This document shows positions 45,453-58,229 of a stretch of 64,000 bases of DNA, piece after piece. Made by a program: the position numbers and the translations under genes. The notes below the pieces were generated by a model. It saw nothing but the letters and a program-made list of their open reading frames with translations, had not been told where the DNA came from and did not search any database. Each line of letters begins with the position of its first letter. The stretch's first letter is position 1. Source of the DNA: Blastocladiella emersonii ATCC 22665 (Eukaryota > Fungi > Blastocladiomycota); assembly GCA_025594325.1 (NCBI GenBank), contig JANHCV010000011.1, forward strand, positions 1,302,001 through 1,366,000, given 5' to 3'.

Positions 45453-46514
45453 ATGTTTGCGCCCTCGGACATCCTCCGCGACTCGCGCGCGTCCGACTCG
45501 GCGCCGTCCCTCTGGGTCTCGGCCGAGCGCGCCGACGGATCGGTCCGCCGTCTCCCGCTGCAGCTGTGCGTACTCCACTCCTCCTCTCGCGACCCGACGC
45601 TCAACTCACACTCCGTGCAATCTAGCCGGTTCGTCCCCGACGACGACGACAAGGAGATGCCCAAGCACCTGCGCCCGCTGACGCCGACCGACGAGTGCGA
45701 CGACTCGGGCTACGACTGCGCCGACTCGGCCGCGGCGCGGTCCCTCGAGACGGCTCCTGCGAGCCCCGAGCGCACCCTGCACCCGACGCCCTACGACCCC
45801 GTCGCCTTCTCGCTCTTCAACATGGGCGACGCCGTCCCGCGCTCGCGCCGCGGCGCCTGCCTCCCCTCCGACGACGACCTGCTGCTGCCGCCGCCGCCCG
45901 CCCCCGCCGCCCCGCGCCTCCGCGTCATGACCATCCCTGAGGACGTGTGCGGCTCGGTCCCCGCCTCGGCCGCCACCTCGCCCGCGCTCCTGCCGCACCA
46001 CCTCAGCGAGATCCCCGCCGCCCCGCTGCTCGAGCTCTCGCCCGCCATGACCTGCCCGCCGTCCGCCGCCATGATGGGCGTCGCCGCCGTGTGCGGCCCG
46101 CAGACCATGACCGCCCCGCCGTCGCCCTACCACCTCGTGCACCTCCGGTCCGCCGCCGCGACGCGCCCGTCGTCGCCCACGGCGGCGGGTAACGGGTTCG
46201 GCCTCGTGGACCTGTCGTCGGCCGTCCCCGTCGAGTACCACCAGTTCCCGTGCACCGCGCTCGCCCCCGCCGCGGTGCCCGTGACCCCGACCGCGTCGCC
46301 GCCGCCGACCCCCAAGCTCGCCGCCTTCACGCTGCCTGAGCCCGCGTCTCCGCCGCTCGTGTGTCACGCGCCCAACCTGATCGGCATGCCGCGCTTCGAC
46401 CTCGACGCGCTCGTGCTCCCGCCACCTGTCGCCGGTACCGGTGCCGCGTCCGCGTCGTCGTCGTTCCTGTTCGCATCCCGCGGCGGCGCGTCGGCCTCGT
46501 CCACGTGGGCGTAG
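45453..46514 (+). CDS. Pro/Ser/Ala-rich hypothetical protein
   Basis: ccaccATG at 45453 inside the 45237-46514 ORF, coding-like codon bias, possible intron near 45565-45624. Confidence 0.55.
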   Translation: MFAPSDILRDSRASDSAPSLWVSAERADGSVRRLPLQLCVLHSSSRDPTLNSHSVQSSRFVPDDDDKEMPKHLRPLTPTDECDDSGYDCADSAAARSLETAPASPERTLHPTPYDPVAFSLFNMGDAVPRSRRGACLPSDDDLLLPPPPAPAAPRLRVMTIPEDVCGSVPASAATSPALLPHHLSEIPAAPLLELSPAMTCPPSAAMMGVAAVCGPQTMTAPPSPYHLVHLRSAAATRPSSPTAAGNGFGLVDLSSAVPVEYHQFPCTALAPAAVPVTPTASPPPTPKLAAFTLPEPASPPLVCHAPNLIGMPRFDLDALVLPPPVAGTGAASASSSFLFASRGGASASSTWA

Positions 46515-49013
46515 AACTGGCCGGCGACCGGCCGACCCGATGGGACTCGAGCTCCCGCTGTACATATCACCACGCGCACGACGATCTCGACTGCGTGACC
46601 CGCCACCTGCCTACGACAACATCCATTTCCAAGACCTCAACTTATCCAAGACGTACCTCCCCCGCCCTCGCCCCCGCTCTCGCTCCCTCATCCCGGTTAC
46701 CCCCACCCCACCTCCAGTCTTTTTTGCGTTATCCACCCATCCGTGCTCGCCTCGCTCGCGTCACTTGCCGCCTCCCTTCACCACCCTACACCTCCCGCTT
46801 TTCGATCACTCTCAAACCCTTCGCGTCAACGCTGCCGTCGCGCGCTCCCTCTCTCGCGCGTGTGTGCGGGCCCGTCGATGTCTGTTTCGCTCCCTGCTCG
46901 CTTTGCCCCCATTCGTGCCCGTACCTGTCATGCATTCATTCATTCGTGAACCGTATATCATATAAAGTTTCGCTCTGTATTGACCTCGCGTGGATGGACG
47001 AGTTGCGGTGGCCGTGGTCGTGGCCATGGCGGTCCACAGCTCAGGGAGCGCGCGTTGATGGACGGCTGGAACCCTCGAGCACGGCACGATGGCGTAATAT
47101 CGACAAGAACATGTTGAGGTGCTCTAGCGTGGGCGTCTCGGTTCGCGGGCTGGTTCGCGAGAGCGACAGCGGGTGGGACACGCGACGCGTCGATCATTTC
47201 GGGAAAGCGGTGAGCGGCCTGAAAGCGAGAGGTCGAGCCGCGGTCCTTGCGCTGGTCCTTGCTCGCTCCCCCATCGCACACGCTAAGAACGCCATGCATC
47301 CTTCTCTTGCTTCTTGCTTATCTCTTACTTGCTGCAATCTTGTCCGAGCGATGCACCCATGACTTTCAGCTCGAGCTGAGCGATGAATCGACCCGCTCGT
47401 CCGCTTGTTGTCTTGAGGCGCCTGTGCCTATTACTCCCGGGAGGTCTTGAAGTCTCATCTGTGCGCATCCTCAACTTTGGACCGCGACCCGCGTTCTCTT
47501 CTCCGCTCGTGAGCGCGATCGCTGACGATGCGAACTCGCACGATGTAGTGGCTTTTCCTTGGCCACACACAACTCCAGCAGTCCGTGGAATCTATCTCTT
47601 GCAGCAAACTCCGAAAAACACGCCAACCCGGCCGCGCGGTACGTCCATCTCATGTACTTGGAGACAGCACAACACACAAGCGCAAACTGTCTTCACAAGT
47701 CGCCGGTGGTACTCCGCGCTCTTGCTTCACCCTGGCGCCCTCGCACCATCAACTATGCGCGCCCGAAGTCTGTTACCAGCAGCTCCCGCGCGGGCGCCGT
47801 GAAAAGTTCAGCGCCGCCCGCGCGGGTGCTGCTCTCTCGCAGATCGTCGCGCGCGTGCTTCTCTTGGTGCTGGGCGTCCGAGTCATGACGGGTTGCGCTT
47901 TACGGCTCTCGCGGTGTCTCTCCACGACATGTAGAGTGAGGTTGCGTCGGTGATGTTCCTGGATATAATCGTACACCCTTTGCTCATTCGTGTCTGTGCT
48001 CTTGACGGGACGGCCAGTTTCTATGTCGCTCAGCTCGCTCCGCTCGCTGTCCCAGTCGGCGCATTAGTTCTTCGATCGCTTTAGGCTCCGACCTCGCTCG
48101 CCGTAGACGCCTGGCGGAGCCGATGGGTTTATCCCGCTCGTTGTGGCTCAACCACGCCTACTCGGGCGTCGCCGAGCCTGCCGTGAATCGCTGCGTTGAA
48201 AGCGTCGGTCAATGCGGTTCTCTTAAAATACCGGCATTTGGCGCAGGTGTGCTGGCAAAAACGCAGAGCGTGCTTTGGGGATGCGTCGTGAGACAGCCAT
48301 GTGAGTGGCGCAACGCGCGAGGATGACCACGGACAGGGCGAAGCGAGTTGACCTCTTCAAGCACACGAGCCTGAGGCTTGATAGTCGGACGAGACATCGT
48401 ATACCTTGTCCATCATGAGTTCACGTCCGAGATTCGCGAGAATGATGCGAGGCAGCAAGTTGATCATTGACTTCAACGACCAGTATCCGTCAACTACATG
48501 GAACCGGCAGAGAGTGCGAGGATTTTCGCGGAAACTGGACTGTTCGCGTGGTGCGAGACACGGCGCGAAGTGCGAGACACTTACGTGCGCAGATCCCACG
48601 TGTGACGCGTGCTTCCTGCAGGTGACCGTTTCGCCGTCGCAGAGGACGCGCCGCGCCACGCCGCCGCCGTCCGGCCCTCAAGCTCGTCCCGCCCTCCCGC
48701 TCCTCCCGGAGCTCATTGATAGCTCAAGACTTGATGCATCAGCACCTTACACACTCACTCTAACTCACGCAAACCCGTCCTCCATCCTCCACTCGCCCGC
48801 AAACCTGCCGTTCGCGTGCCCTGCCCATCCGCCGCCTGCACGTGGACCGCCCTCAAGCACCACCTGCACATATTCACCGGACACGGCAACGCCCAGCAGC
48901 AGCCTCAGCAGCCGCACGCCGATCTTCCGCGCCTCGTCGAGTCCCAGTACACGACGCCGCCGCAGTCCCAGGAACCGCAAGACGACAACTCGTACCCGTC
49001 CTCCATCGGCACC

Positions 49014-51289
49014 ATGCCCGCTCAGCGCGTCTCCAGCAAGTCCTCATCGGCTCGTCCCATGTCCAAGTCGGCGCCGTGGGGCTTCCTGACGTGGCACTCG
49101 AACAACAAGTGGATCGGTGCGCTGTTTCTCTCGTCCGCTCGCGTGCCGTTCCGCGACTGACACCCATGGCGTCGTCCTTGCACCACATCACACAGCGCTC
49201 ATCAAGGACGAGTACTCTATTGGCTCCGGTAAGAACTCGGACATCTACATCCCGAGCGTCGAGTGCTCCCTCCGCCACGCCAAGATCGTCCGCCAGACGA
49301 AGCCCGGCACGCTCTCGCCCGCCATCGTTGCCCTCGGCAACCGCGTCACGTCCGTCGAAGGCCACCCTCTCGAGCGCGGTGAGGTCAAGACGCTCCACCA
49401 CGACGGGCGCAAGGTCTGGATCAAGATGGGCGCGGGTGCGGTCCCGCTTTCTCCTCTCGAGTCACCGCGCTCGTGTCACTCACGCCCACGCCCGCTGATA
49501 TACTGTAGACTTCACGTTCCATTCGGCCAACTACAAGCAGAAAAAGCCCGACTACCGCGACATCACCGAAAAGTACGTCCTCAAGGACGAGATCGGCGAC
49601 AGCGCGTACGCGACCGTGCAGCTCGCCACTGAGAAGATGTCGGACATCGACTACGCGTGCAAGATCATCGACAAGAAGGCGGCCGGCATCATCAACGTAG
49701 ACGACGAGAAGGCCGTGCTCGCCGCGATCGAGCGCATGTCCAAGATGGCTCACGTACGTTTCCGCGTGCCGCGATGCTTGCGTCGGGTCGAGCGTGCTAA
49801 CCGACGGGTACTTTGACTCCGCATGTAGCCGAATGTGCTCGGTGTCCGCGAGTTTGCCGTGTCCGACGATCACGTCTACGTGTACTTTGAGCTGTACGTT
49901 TCCGTGGGGATGCGCACCGCCCGATCCTATCGCTTAACGTTGCTTCCCGTGGTAGCGCCAAGAAGGGCCGCGACTTATTCGACTGGCTCGTTGACGGCAA
50001 GGGCATTCTGACCGAGGGCACGGTCCGACACATCATGTACCAGGTCTTCCAGGCCGTCAAGTACCTCCACGACCGCGGCGTGCAGCACCGCAACCTCACG
50101 ATCGAGAACCTGCTCCTCCGCGACCTCCACCAGGAGTACCCGACCATCTTCCTCGGCGATTTCGGCATCAACAAGAAACCCATGGCGTACCAGGAGGCCG
50201 TCAACCGGTACGCGCACACTGTGATGAGCCGACGACGCGACCGAGCCAGGAAAACTGACCCACACTGCTCCGTAGGTGGGACCTCTCCGCTCTCGACACG
50301 AGCCGGCCCTCGCAGCACATTTCGAAGCCGAAACCGGACCCGAGCGCCTACTACCCGCACTACGACTGTCGCCTGGTCGGCGTCATCATGTTCCGGCTCC
50401 TCTGCGGACGGCGGCTGCACGAGGACTGCGCCGATTCGGCGCTCAAGCACCTGATCCACCACGGCGACTTCGACTTTGACTACGACGGGTTCAAGCTGCG
50501 CGGCCACTGGGCCGACAACGTGTCGTGGCAGGCCAAGAACGTGGTCATGGGGCTGCTCAGTCGCACGGAAGGTGGACGGTACGCGCTTTTTTGGTCCTCG
50601 GATCTGTGGCGGACCAAACTGGTCACTCACTTTCGGCGGATCGCCCGTGTAGTCTGGACATGAAAGACTGTCTTCGGCACAAGTGGATCAGCAACTACAG
50701 CGACTCCCTCGAGTCGCAGTACAAGGACCTCATCGACCGGGCCAACCGCGTCCGCGTCGGCGAGCGGACCGGCCCCGTCATTCCGCTCCCCGCGCGCATC
50801 TCGAAACCGGCTGCATCCTCGTACTCGAGTCGTACCGCTTCCTCAACATCGGGTTCTGCGACCGCCCGCGCGTCGCGCTCCGACCCCGTGTCGCAGCAGC
50901 GGCCGTCTCCCGCGACGTCGCGCCCGTCATCCGCGGCACCCTATGGCAGCGGTGGTAAGGCCGCCTCGAGCGCGGGCAAGCCGGCGCGCACGCTGCGCGA
51001 GACGCTGTCGCAGAGCCCGCGCGAGGCGGTCAAGGAGTCGCCGCGGCTCGCGCGCAGCAAGCTTATGCACCGGGATAGCCGGGGAGGTAGCCGGAGCTCG
51101 CTCGCGCGCCACGACGACGACGACCGCGACCTGCCGCGGACGCGCAGCGTGAACCGCGAGGCCTCCCCGCTCTACTTCCTCGACGGGATCTCGGGCACCG
51201 AGGGAGGCTTCGAGCAGTTTGACGTTGCTCAAACGGCGGAGGACTACCGCGAGCGCCTGTCCGACATTCGCCCCCGCCGACACGTGTAA
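49014..51289 (+). CDS. Chk2/Rad53/Mek1-like FHA plus CAMK-type kinase-fold protein, predicted pseudokinase (multi-exon; start uncertain)
   Basis: FHA-like PWGFL...YSIGS..SDI....SLRH, then YACKII, PNVLGV, DLFDWL, HRNLTIEN, GDFG, DCRLVGVIMFRLLCG and CLRHKWI; six GT-AG introns restore the frame. Confidence 0.8.
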
Positions 51290-52116
51290 GCTGTAGAGAG
51301 CGAGTAGGTTCGCTCTCGGGTGTGTGTACACATGACTTGTATAGACTTTGCTCATTGCATATCATTCGCCTCATTGTCCTCTCCTCAGTCGCGTCGCTCA
51401 TGTTGGGAGGACGTCAGGTGGCGCTGTGGCGCAACGGAACGCCATCGCCTCGGCCAACAACTGAGCTTTCTCCCTTCCCTTAACCGACTGTGCCTCCTCA
51501 GCCGGGGCCCCACTCTGTGCAACGTATCCAGCAACCATGGAAACTGATGAAAGCACACGTCGTCCAACCGTTCTCGGCGCACCTCCGCCAGCCGAAGCCA
51601 TGCTGTCAGTCGCCGTACTAGTGGAGCGCACGATCCAACGCGTGGATGCCGCGCAGCTAGTCTGCTCGAGCGTTGTCGTGACATTTATGATGCTTCTTCG
51701 CCGCTGTCAGTGAGCGAAACGGCATCGACGCCGTCGCGAGCTTCAGTCGTGTTTGACCAAGCACTGGTCCAGCGAGCGACCCGACTAGCCTTCGACCTTG
51801 AAAACATCAGCTCCAATGTTGAACAGGTCAACGCGCACTTCGAGGACCTCTTGCGACAAGTGTGCCTCGAGTTGCAGCGGAATTTTAATGGCTACCATGC
51901 CTAGTTTGACGGTGGAATATAACCCCCGTCTTGTCAACTTCACATGCATTCATGGTCGGCAACCTTCATCGTTAACGGTTTCCGTGGCTGAGGCAGCCTC
52001 GATCTGCTTGCGGTCGTACTCAGTGTGAAAGTCTTCCGAGCGAGGACAGACATTATGCTTAGCGAGTGGAGCTGGGAAGAGCTCCCGAGCACCCGAATGA
52101 GGGCGAAATGAGTGAC

Positions 52117-52159
52117 GCGACCTGAAACGCAGCGCGTCGGCGACCTGAAACGCAGCGCG
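52117..52159. repeat. Short tandem duplication (23-bp unit gcgacctgaaacgcagcgcgtcg, ~2 copies)
   Basis: Direct repeat read from the sequence. Confidence 0.7.
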
Positions 52160-52285
52160 ACGCGGCGGTCGCGTTTGTCTTGACGGCCGAGCCTTGAAGG
52201 ATGCGGCAGCGTCCCCGAGACTCATCGATTTTCCTCAAGTCCAGAAAAATTAATCACACAAACACACAGATCAGTTATGTTTCCT

Positions 52286-55200
52286 CTAATGTTGCCCTCC
52301 CGACGTCACGCTCGACCGTATCGCCATCGACTTGACGCGAAGCCTGCTCATGGCGCTCGACGTTGGCGTTGACTTGCCCGAGGTCCCGCACGCCTGAAAC
52401 GCCGCGACCCACTTGGTCCGCTCGGCCGCCGAGTTGAACTGGATCGCGAACGCGTCGGTTCCTGGATGTGCGAGAACGACGCACAGCTCCATGTCGACGG
52501 GATCAGCCTCGAGGATGAGCTGCTTGACCGAGAAACTCTGGCCAGGATGCTGCCGCTCGATGCTGGCCACGACGAGCAGGCCCTCGGCGGACAGTAGGAC
52601 GACATCGCGGTTCTGCCACCGCCGCAGGAAGCCCGTAGTTGACTTGACGGGATACACGCCCGAGAGAACGTTCTACACGGGACCAGGTCGTCAACGCGTG
52701 TCGAAGCCATGCGATCATCGCACTAAGCGTACCCGTTGAGCCGTCGAACCGCCTGCGGACAACGTCTCCTGGCCGCCTCCGGATCCTGGACCGCCGGCGC
52801 CGTCTAGAGTCTCGAGCATGGCCGCGTTCGGGTCCTGGTTCGCGCGATCGGGCAGCGCGAAGTTGTGGCGCGCGACCATGGACGAGAAGATGGCGACGTT
52901 GGTGTAGATGACCGCGACGGCGCGCACGTAGTAGGTCACGATCGTCGCGGTGCTGAACAGCACGATGACGGGGATAGCGATGCACGCCGCAATCTAGACG
53001 CCGGAGTTGTGTTGGTGAGCGGATACGCGTCATGGCGCGAGTCGAAGTGTGAGCGGGACGTACGAGGAGGTGGTGCATGAGGTACGCGATCCACATGGTG
53101 TCCTGGTACGAGGACTAGATGAAGGCATGTAGCGAAAATCAGTTGCTGCTCCGGCAGGCCCGCCAGCAGACAGACGTACGTGGATCCGGCGGATCTTGAA
53201 GGAGAGGTATGCGAGGAGCACGAGAAGCAGCCTGTTCCGCACGATCAGATTCAGCAAGTTCATCGTGGTAGTCGAGCGTTCGACAAGCGTACCCGTCGAT
53301 TCCTGCCGCGACGTAAAGCAGGGCCGTGCCACCGGCGGACGACGCCTTGCACTGGTACTGAATCGTCGAACCCGAGATGAGCGGAGCCGCTTGCAGCGGG
53401 GACGTGGCCGAGTGGATGATCAGCAGAATGATCTGCAACACGGGCAGCGCGAGCATGCGGAACAGCAGCGGCCGGGTGCGCACGGCCGTCGACTTGGTCA
53501 GGACGCGGCTACACGAATCAGGTCAGTGGATTGGGTCGAGTAATATCGAACGTGGACGCGTACTTGCTACAGGAACGCGCATTAGATCAGTGGATGCGAG
53601 CAAGATACGACAGACGCGCGAACGTACTCAAAGATCTTCCAGAGGCGATACGACCGGATCCAGAGCGACGAGAGCGTGAGCGAGTAGCCGAGGATCATGA
53701 CCCAGTACTGGGCCTCGCACTTGAGCGGGGTCGGGCGGCCCGCCATGAGGAAGGAAGCCGAGAGGCACATGACAATGCCGATACACAGCACGGCCGTGAA
53801 GGGCAGCCCGAGGTGCCGCACGCGCTTCGACTTGCGGTTCACGACGATGGCGACCCATGCGACGACGACGGCCGCAATGACGAGCCCAGTCAGAGTCGAC
53901 ACGATAATGACGCCAGCGGAGCGCTCGTCGGGCAGGATCTCGACGTACTTGGGCCGCCAGTCCGGGATCACGCTCGAGCCGTCGGCGAACTTGACGGGCG
54001 CGAGTGTGCTGAATGTGCCGTTACGAACCGAGTAGACGGGAACGTACGCGCTGTTCTGGAAGTTGAGAACCTGGAACTTCCTATACGTCGAGTCGGGTTA
54101 ATTGATTTCTCAAATCACACGAGCACGGCGAATACCCGTTGCGGTCCCCGTTGGCCGCGAAGTCGATGAACCCGGACACGCTGTCGCGGTTGACGACAAA
54201 GTCGGCGAGGTCCAGCTTATGCGTCCGGTTGACGACGGGCGCGAGGCCGACGCGGCGGACGAGATCGATGAACGTGTTGACGAGTACGTCGAGGCAGCTG
54301 CCCATGAAGAGCGCGTAGGCCGTCTCCTTGATCACCGTGTCGTTGTACACGCGCTGCCACTTGGCCACGACCGACTCGTAGCGCGGCGACCCGGGCGCGA
54401 GCTCGGCGGGCCACGCGAGCAAGAATCCCTCGTAGTAAGCGAGCTCGGCAGGAGTCAGGCCGTGGGCTTCCAGGAACGGCGTGTCCATGAGGGAGAGCGC
54501 CTCGCACCCGAACCACACCCAGTCGGGGCCGAAACCGTTGCGCCGCGCGAGCAGCGGGATCTGGTACGCCTGGTCGGGCTGCGCGAAAATGACGCTGACG
54601 CGCGAGGGACTGTCGGCAAGCTGCGTCACGACGCCGTGGAAGTCGTCCAGAGCCCACAACGTCTGGACGGTGTAGGTTCGCGCGATGGTGATGTTGAGCG
54701 TCGCCGCCGTGGTCTGGAACGCCTTGGCGAGAGAGACTGCGTACTACGGTGAGGGCGGAACCGGGTGAGAAGGTGCGTGGCGCTGAAGAAACTCCATGTC
54801 GGACCTGACGTACCGCATCGTCGCCAACTGTGAACATGTTGACCGACATCCAGTTGAAGTTTCGAGCGATGCGTGCCATGACGACGCCCTGGTACCTTGT
54901 TGACCGTTTCCACATTAGTCAACGCTCGAGTATCATGGGCGAGTTACGTACGAGTCGGACGAGATTGTTCGTATGAAGAGCGGATAGTCGACGACTGAAC
55001 TCAGCTCGTCGGACGTGGCTGATCCCGAACAGAGAAGCGAGTTGAAGCTCGTCGCTACAAAGCGAGCAAGTTAGATCGTGCCGCATGACACAGTGGATGC
55101 CGTTCGTACACGTCAGCGCAATCGGGATAGTGTTGGAGGAGCTCCACTCGCCGAGAAGCGCAATAGCTCCCTTGGATTGAAGGTCGATGGCGGCTTCAAC

Positions 55201-55569
55201 TGAGCTGAGACGCTGATATTTTGTGTCGCCAAAGAGCAGGTTGAAGTGGTAGCCGGCGGGATGCGCAGTGCCGTTGTTCAGGTCGTCCATGACAAACTTG
55301 ATGACTCTGAGCGAGATTTCCATGACATTGGTGTAGCCCGGAAAGTCGACGGCAAGGGACTCGGGGCTCGGCAGCACGAGGCCTAGCGTGAGGTTCTGAT
55401 ACGCATTGGCACATGATGTGTGTGCGAGAAGCACAATGAACAGATGCAAGAAAATGTTGATTCGTCGAGGCGAGAATGGTGCTGATGCATGCTGCTGCCA
55501 GTCTCTTCTCGCTCGGGACTCGGACAGCGAGCTCGCCGTGCGGCCAGCTACCTGTCGTAGGAAATGCAT
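52286..55569 (-). CDS. Class C GPCR-like receptor: Venus-flytrap ectodomain, 7TM, C-terminal PH-like domain (multi-exon)
   Basis: ANF/VFT motifs (IALLGEWSSSNTIPIAL, SGSATSDELS, YPLFIRTISSD, NFNW, SGFIDFAANGDR), 7tm_3-like helices (NRKSKRVR, C..QYW...GYSL...SLWIRSYRLWKIF, LAYLSFKIRRI) and a PH-like last exon. Confidence 0.8.
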
Positions 55570-55824
55570 TAGGTTGCGTATGACGGCTAAGAATAAGGCA
55601 TGGTACAGACGTGGAGTTGCCCCTCAGCATGTGGCGCGATCAAAGCGGGGTCCGAAACGCGTCTCGCACCTGCCACGTCTGATCGCGTCAAAACGCGTCT
55701 CTCGCGTTCGGTCGCGCCAGCAAAACAGCAAAACTGCTCCCTCGTTCTGAGGGTTATTTCTTTCGAAGATTTAACGCGCACAGCACCGTTGAATTCGTTC
55801 AGTTGACAATTTGAGGTCAGTTCA

Positions 55825-56650
55825 AAGGGAGTGAAACCTTGTCGCGTCGGCCAACTATGCTGCCGGCCGCACACCTCCAACGCGCCGTGCTCGTCCCTAT
55901 GTGCGCTCCATTCACTCCTTTTATCAGGCAAATGCATATTTTCCGTGTGGCAAGCACACTGGTTGATCAAAATTTGGCGCTCAATCTCGCGGCACGGGCA
56001 AAATCGTGCTTCCCCTGCACATCAACGGTTCCACTATGGCACGCGTATCACTACCGGGCGCGTAACGCGGGATAAACCGAGCCATGTGGCTTGGGGCGGT
56101 GTAAACGTACGGTAGCACGGACAGTCGCGCTTAGACGGATGAGCCGCGAGCTCGCGAATGCCGCAAGCCGTACTGAGTGAAAGGGGAGGGCGAAGGCGAT
56201 TGGCGGTGTTTCAACTGGATGCAGCCGCAATCCCAGTGACTACGGCCACGATGAGCGGTACGTAGTCTCGTGCATCGCGAAGGCCAGTGCAGGAAGCGAC
56301 TGTCATGGGTCTCAGCAAAACGGCTCAAAAACCCAGTGTAGCGAATGGCTGCCAGTAGTTTGAATAGAAATTCTTTCCTACAACGCCTCGCTTGAACCTT
56401 CGTCCGACGTCAACGCCGCCTTGATCCGGCTGATGACAGACATCACGACCGTGATGTCTGAGCTCTCCTGGTGTACCATCTGCGTCTTTTCCGTCTTGCG
56501 TCGTCCCACCACACATAGAAACTTCACGCCTCGATATCTTCAAATCTGGCCAAATCGAAGTGAATGGAGCGCACATAGGGAAGAGCACGGCGCGTTGGAG
56601 GTGTGCGGCCGGCAGCATAGTTAGCCGACGCGACGAGGTTTCACTCCCTT
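55825..56650. mobile_element. MITE-like non-autonomous element, 826 bp, with 92-bp terminal inverted repeats
   Basis: 55825-55916 is the reverse complement of 56559-56650 with 3 mismatches. The interior has no substantial ORF. No target-site duplication is evident. Confidence 0.7.
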
Positions 56651-57220
56651 CGCTATCGTGCCCGAACTTTGGTGGCGTCAGGATGGAGTTTGACGGTTTC
56701 GTTCCGCACGACTGACTGGTCGGGAACTCGTTCCGTGATCCGAGTTCTGGTGACGTTCCTGAGCCGGCCAGTCAAGGCGTCCGCCGCACAGCCGTCCAGC
56801 GGCCGGAACCGTGGCGCGACGGGCACCTTAAAAGATTTTGTGGCTCGACACAGCCGTCGGCCGTTGTTCGTTCTCTGCCTACGCGCGAAGTGAGTGTGCG
56901 CGACGCGACGCGTCGGACGCGAGACAATCAGGGCACGTGGTTGCGAGACATCAGGTGACGCGATTTGTGTTGCATCACCGCATTTAGCGCTTGGGCGCCC
57001 CCAGGGACCGGGGCGCGTGAACCAGCCCGTGAACGGCCGGCGACCGGCGACCACAACACGGCCGACCCGCGTTCGCGCTCCCCTCCGCTGCCCCGTTGCC
57101 TCCGCTGCTTCGCGCTTCGGTATGCATCAACACTCGCTGCAAATGACTGCACTGCTATGAAGACACACGCTGACGCCGCCGCCGCGGTGAACCGCCGTCG
57201 GTAGCCCCTCCCTCGACACC

Positions 57221-58095
<875 letters not shown>

Positions 58096-58229
58096 GCCTC
58101 GCTCGCTCGCCCGCAGCCGTTCGGTTGTCCTCTCGTCCTACTCTACCCCACCATCACTTACTTGACCCCTCTCGCTTGCTCTCCCCTCTCCCCTCGATAC
58201 TCCATTCGTTATTAAAATGCGATTTCTAT

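Noticed and set aside
55825-56650. Assignment of the TIR element to PIF/Harbinger, Mutator or piggyBac
   Set aside because: The flanks (..GGTCAGTTCA and CGCTATCG..) show no matching target-site duplication, so no superfamily can be supported.
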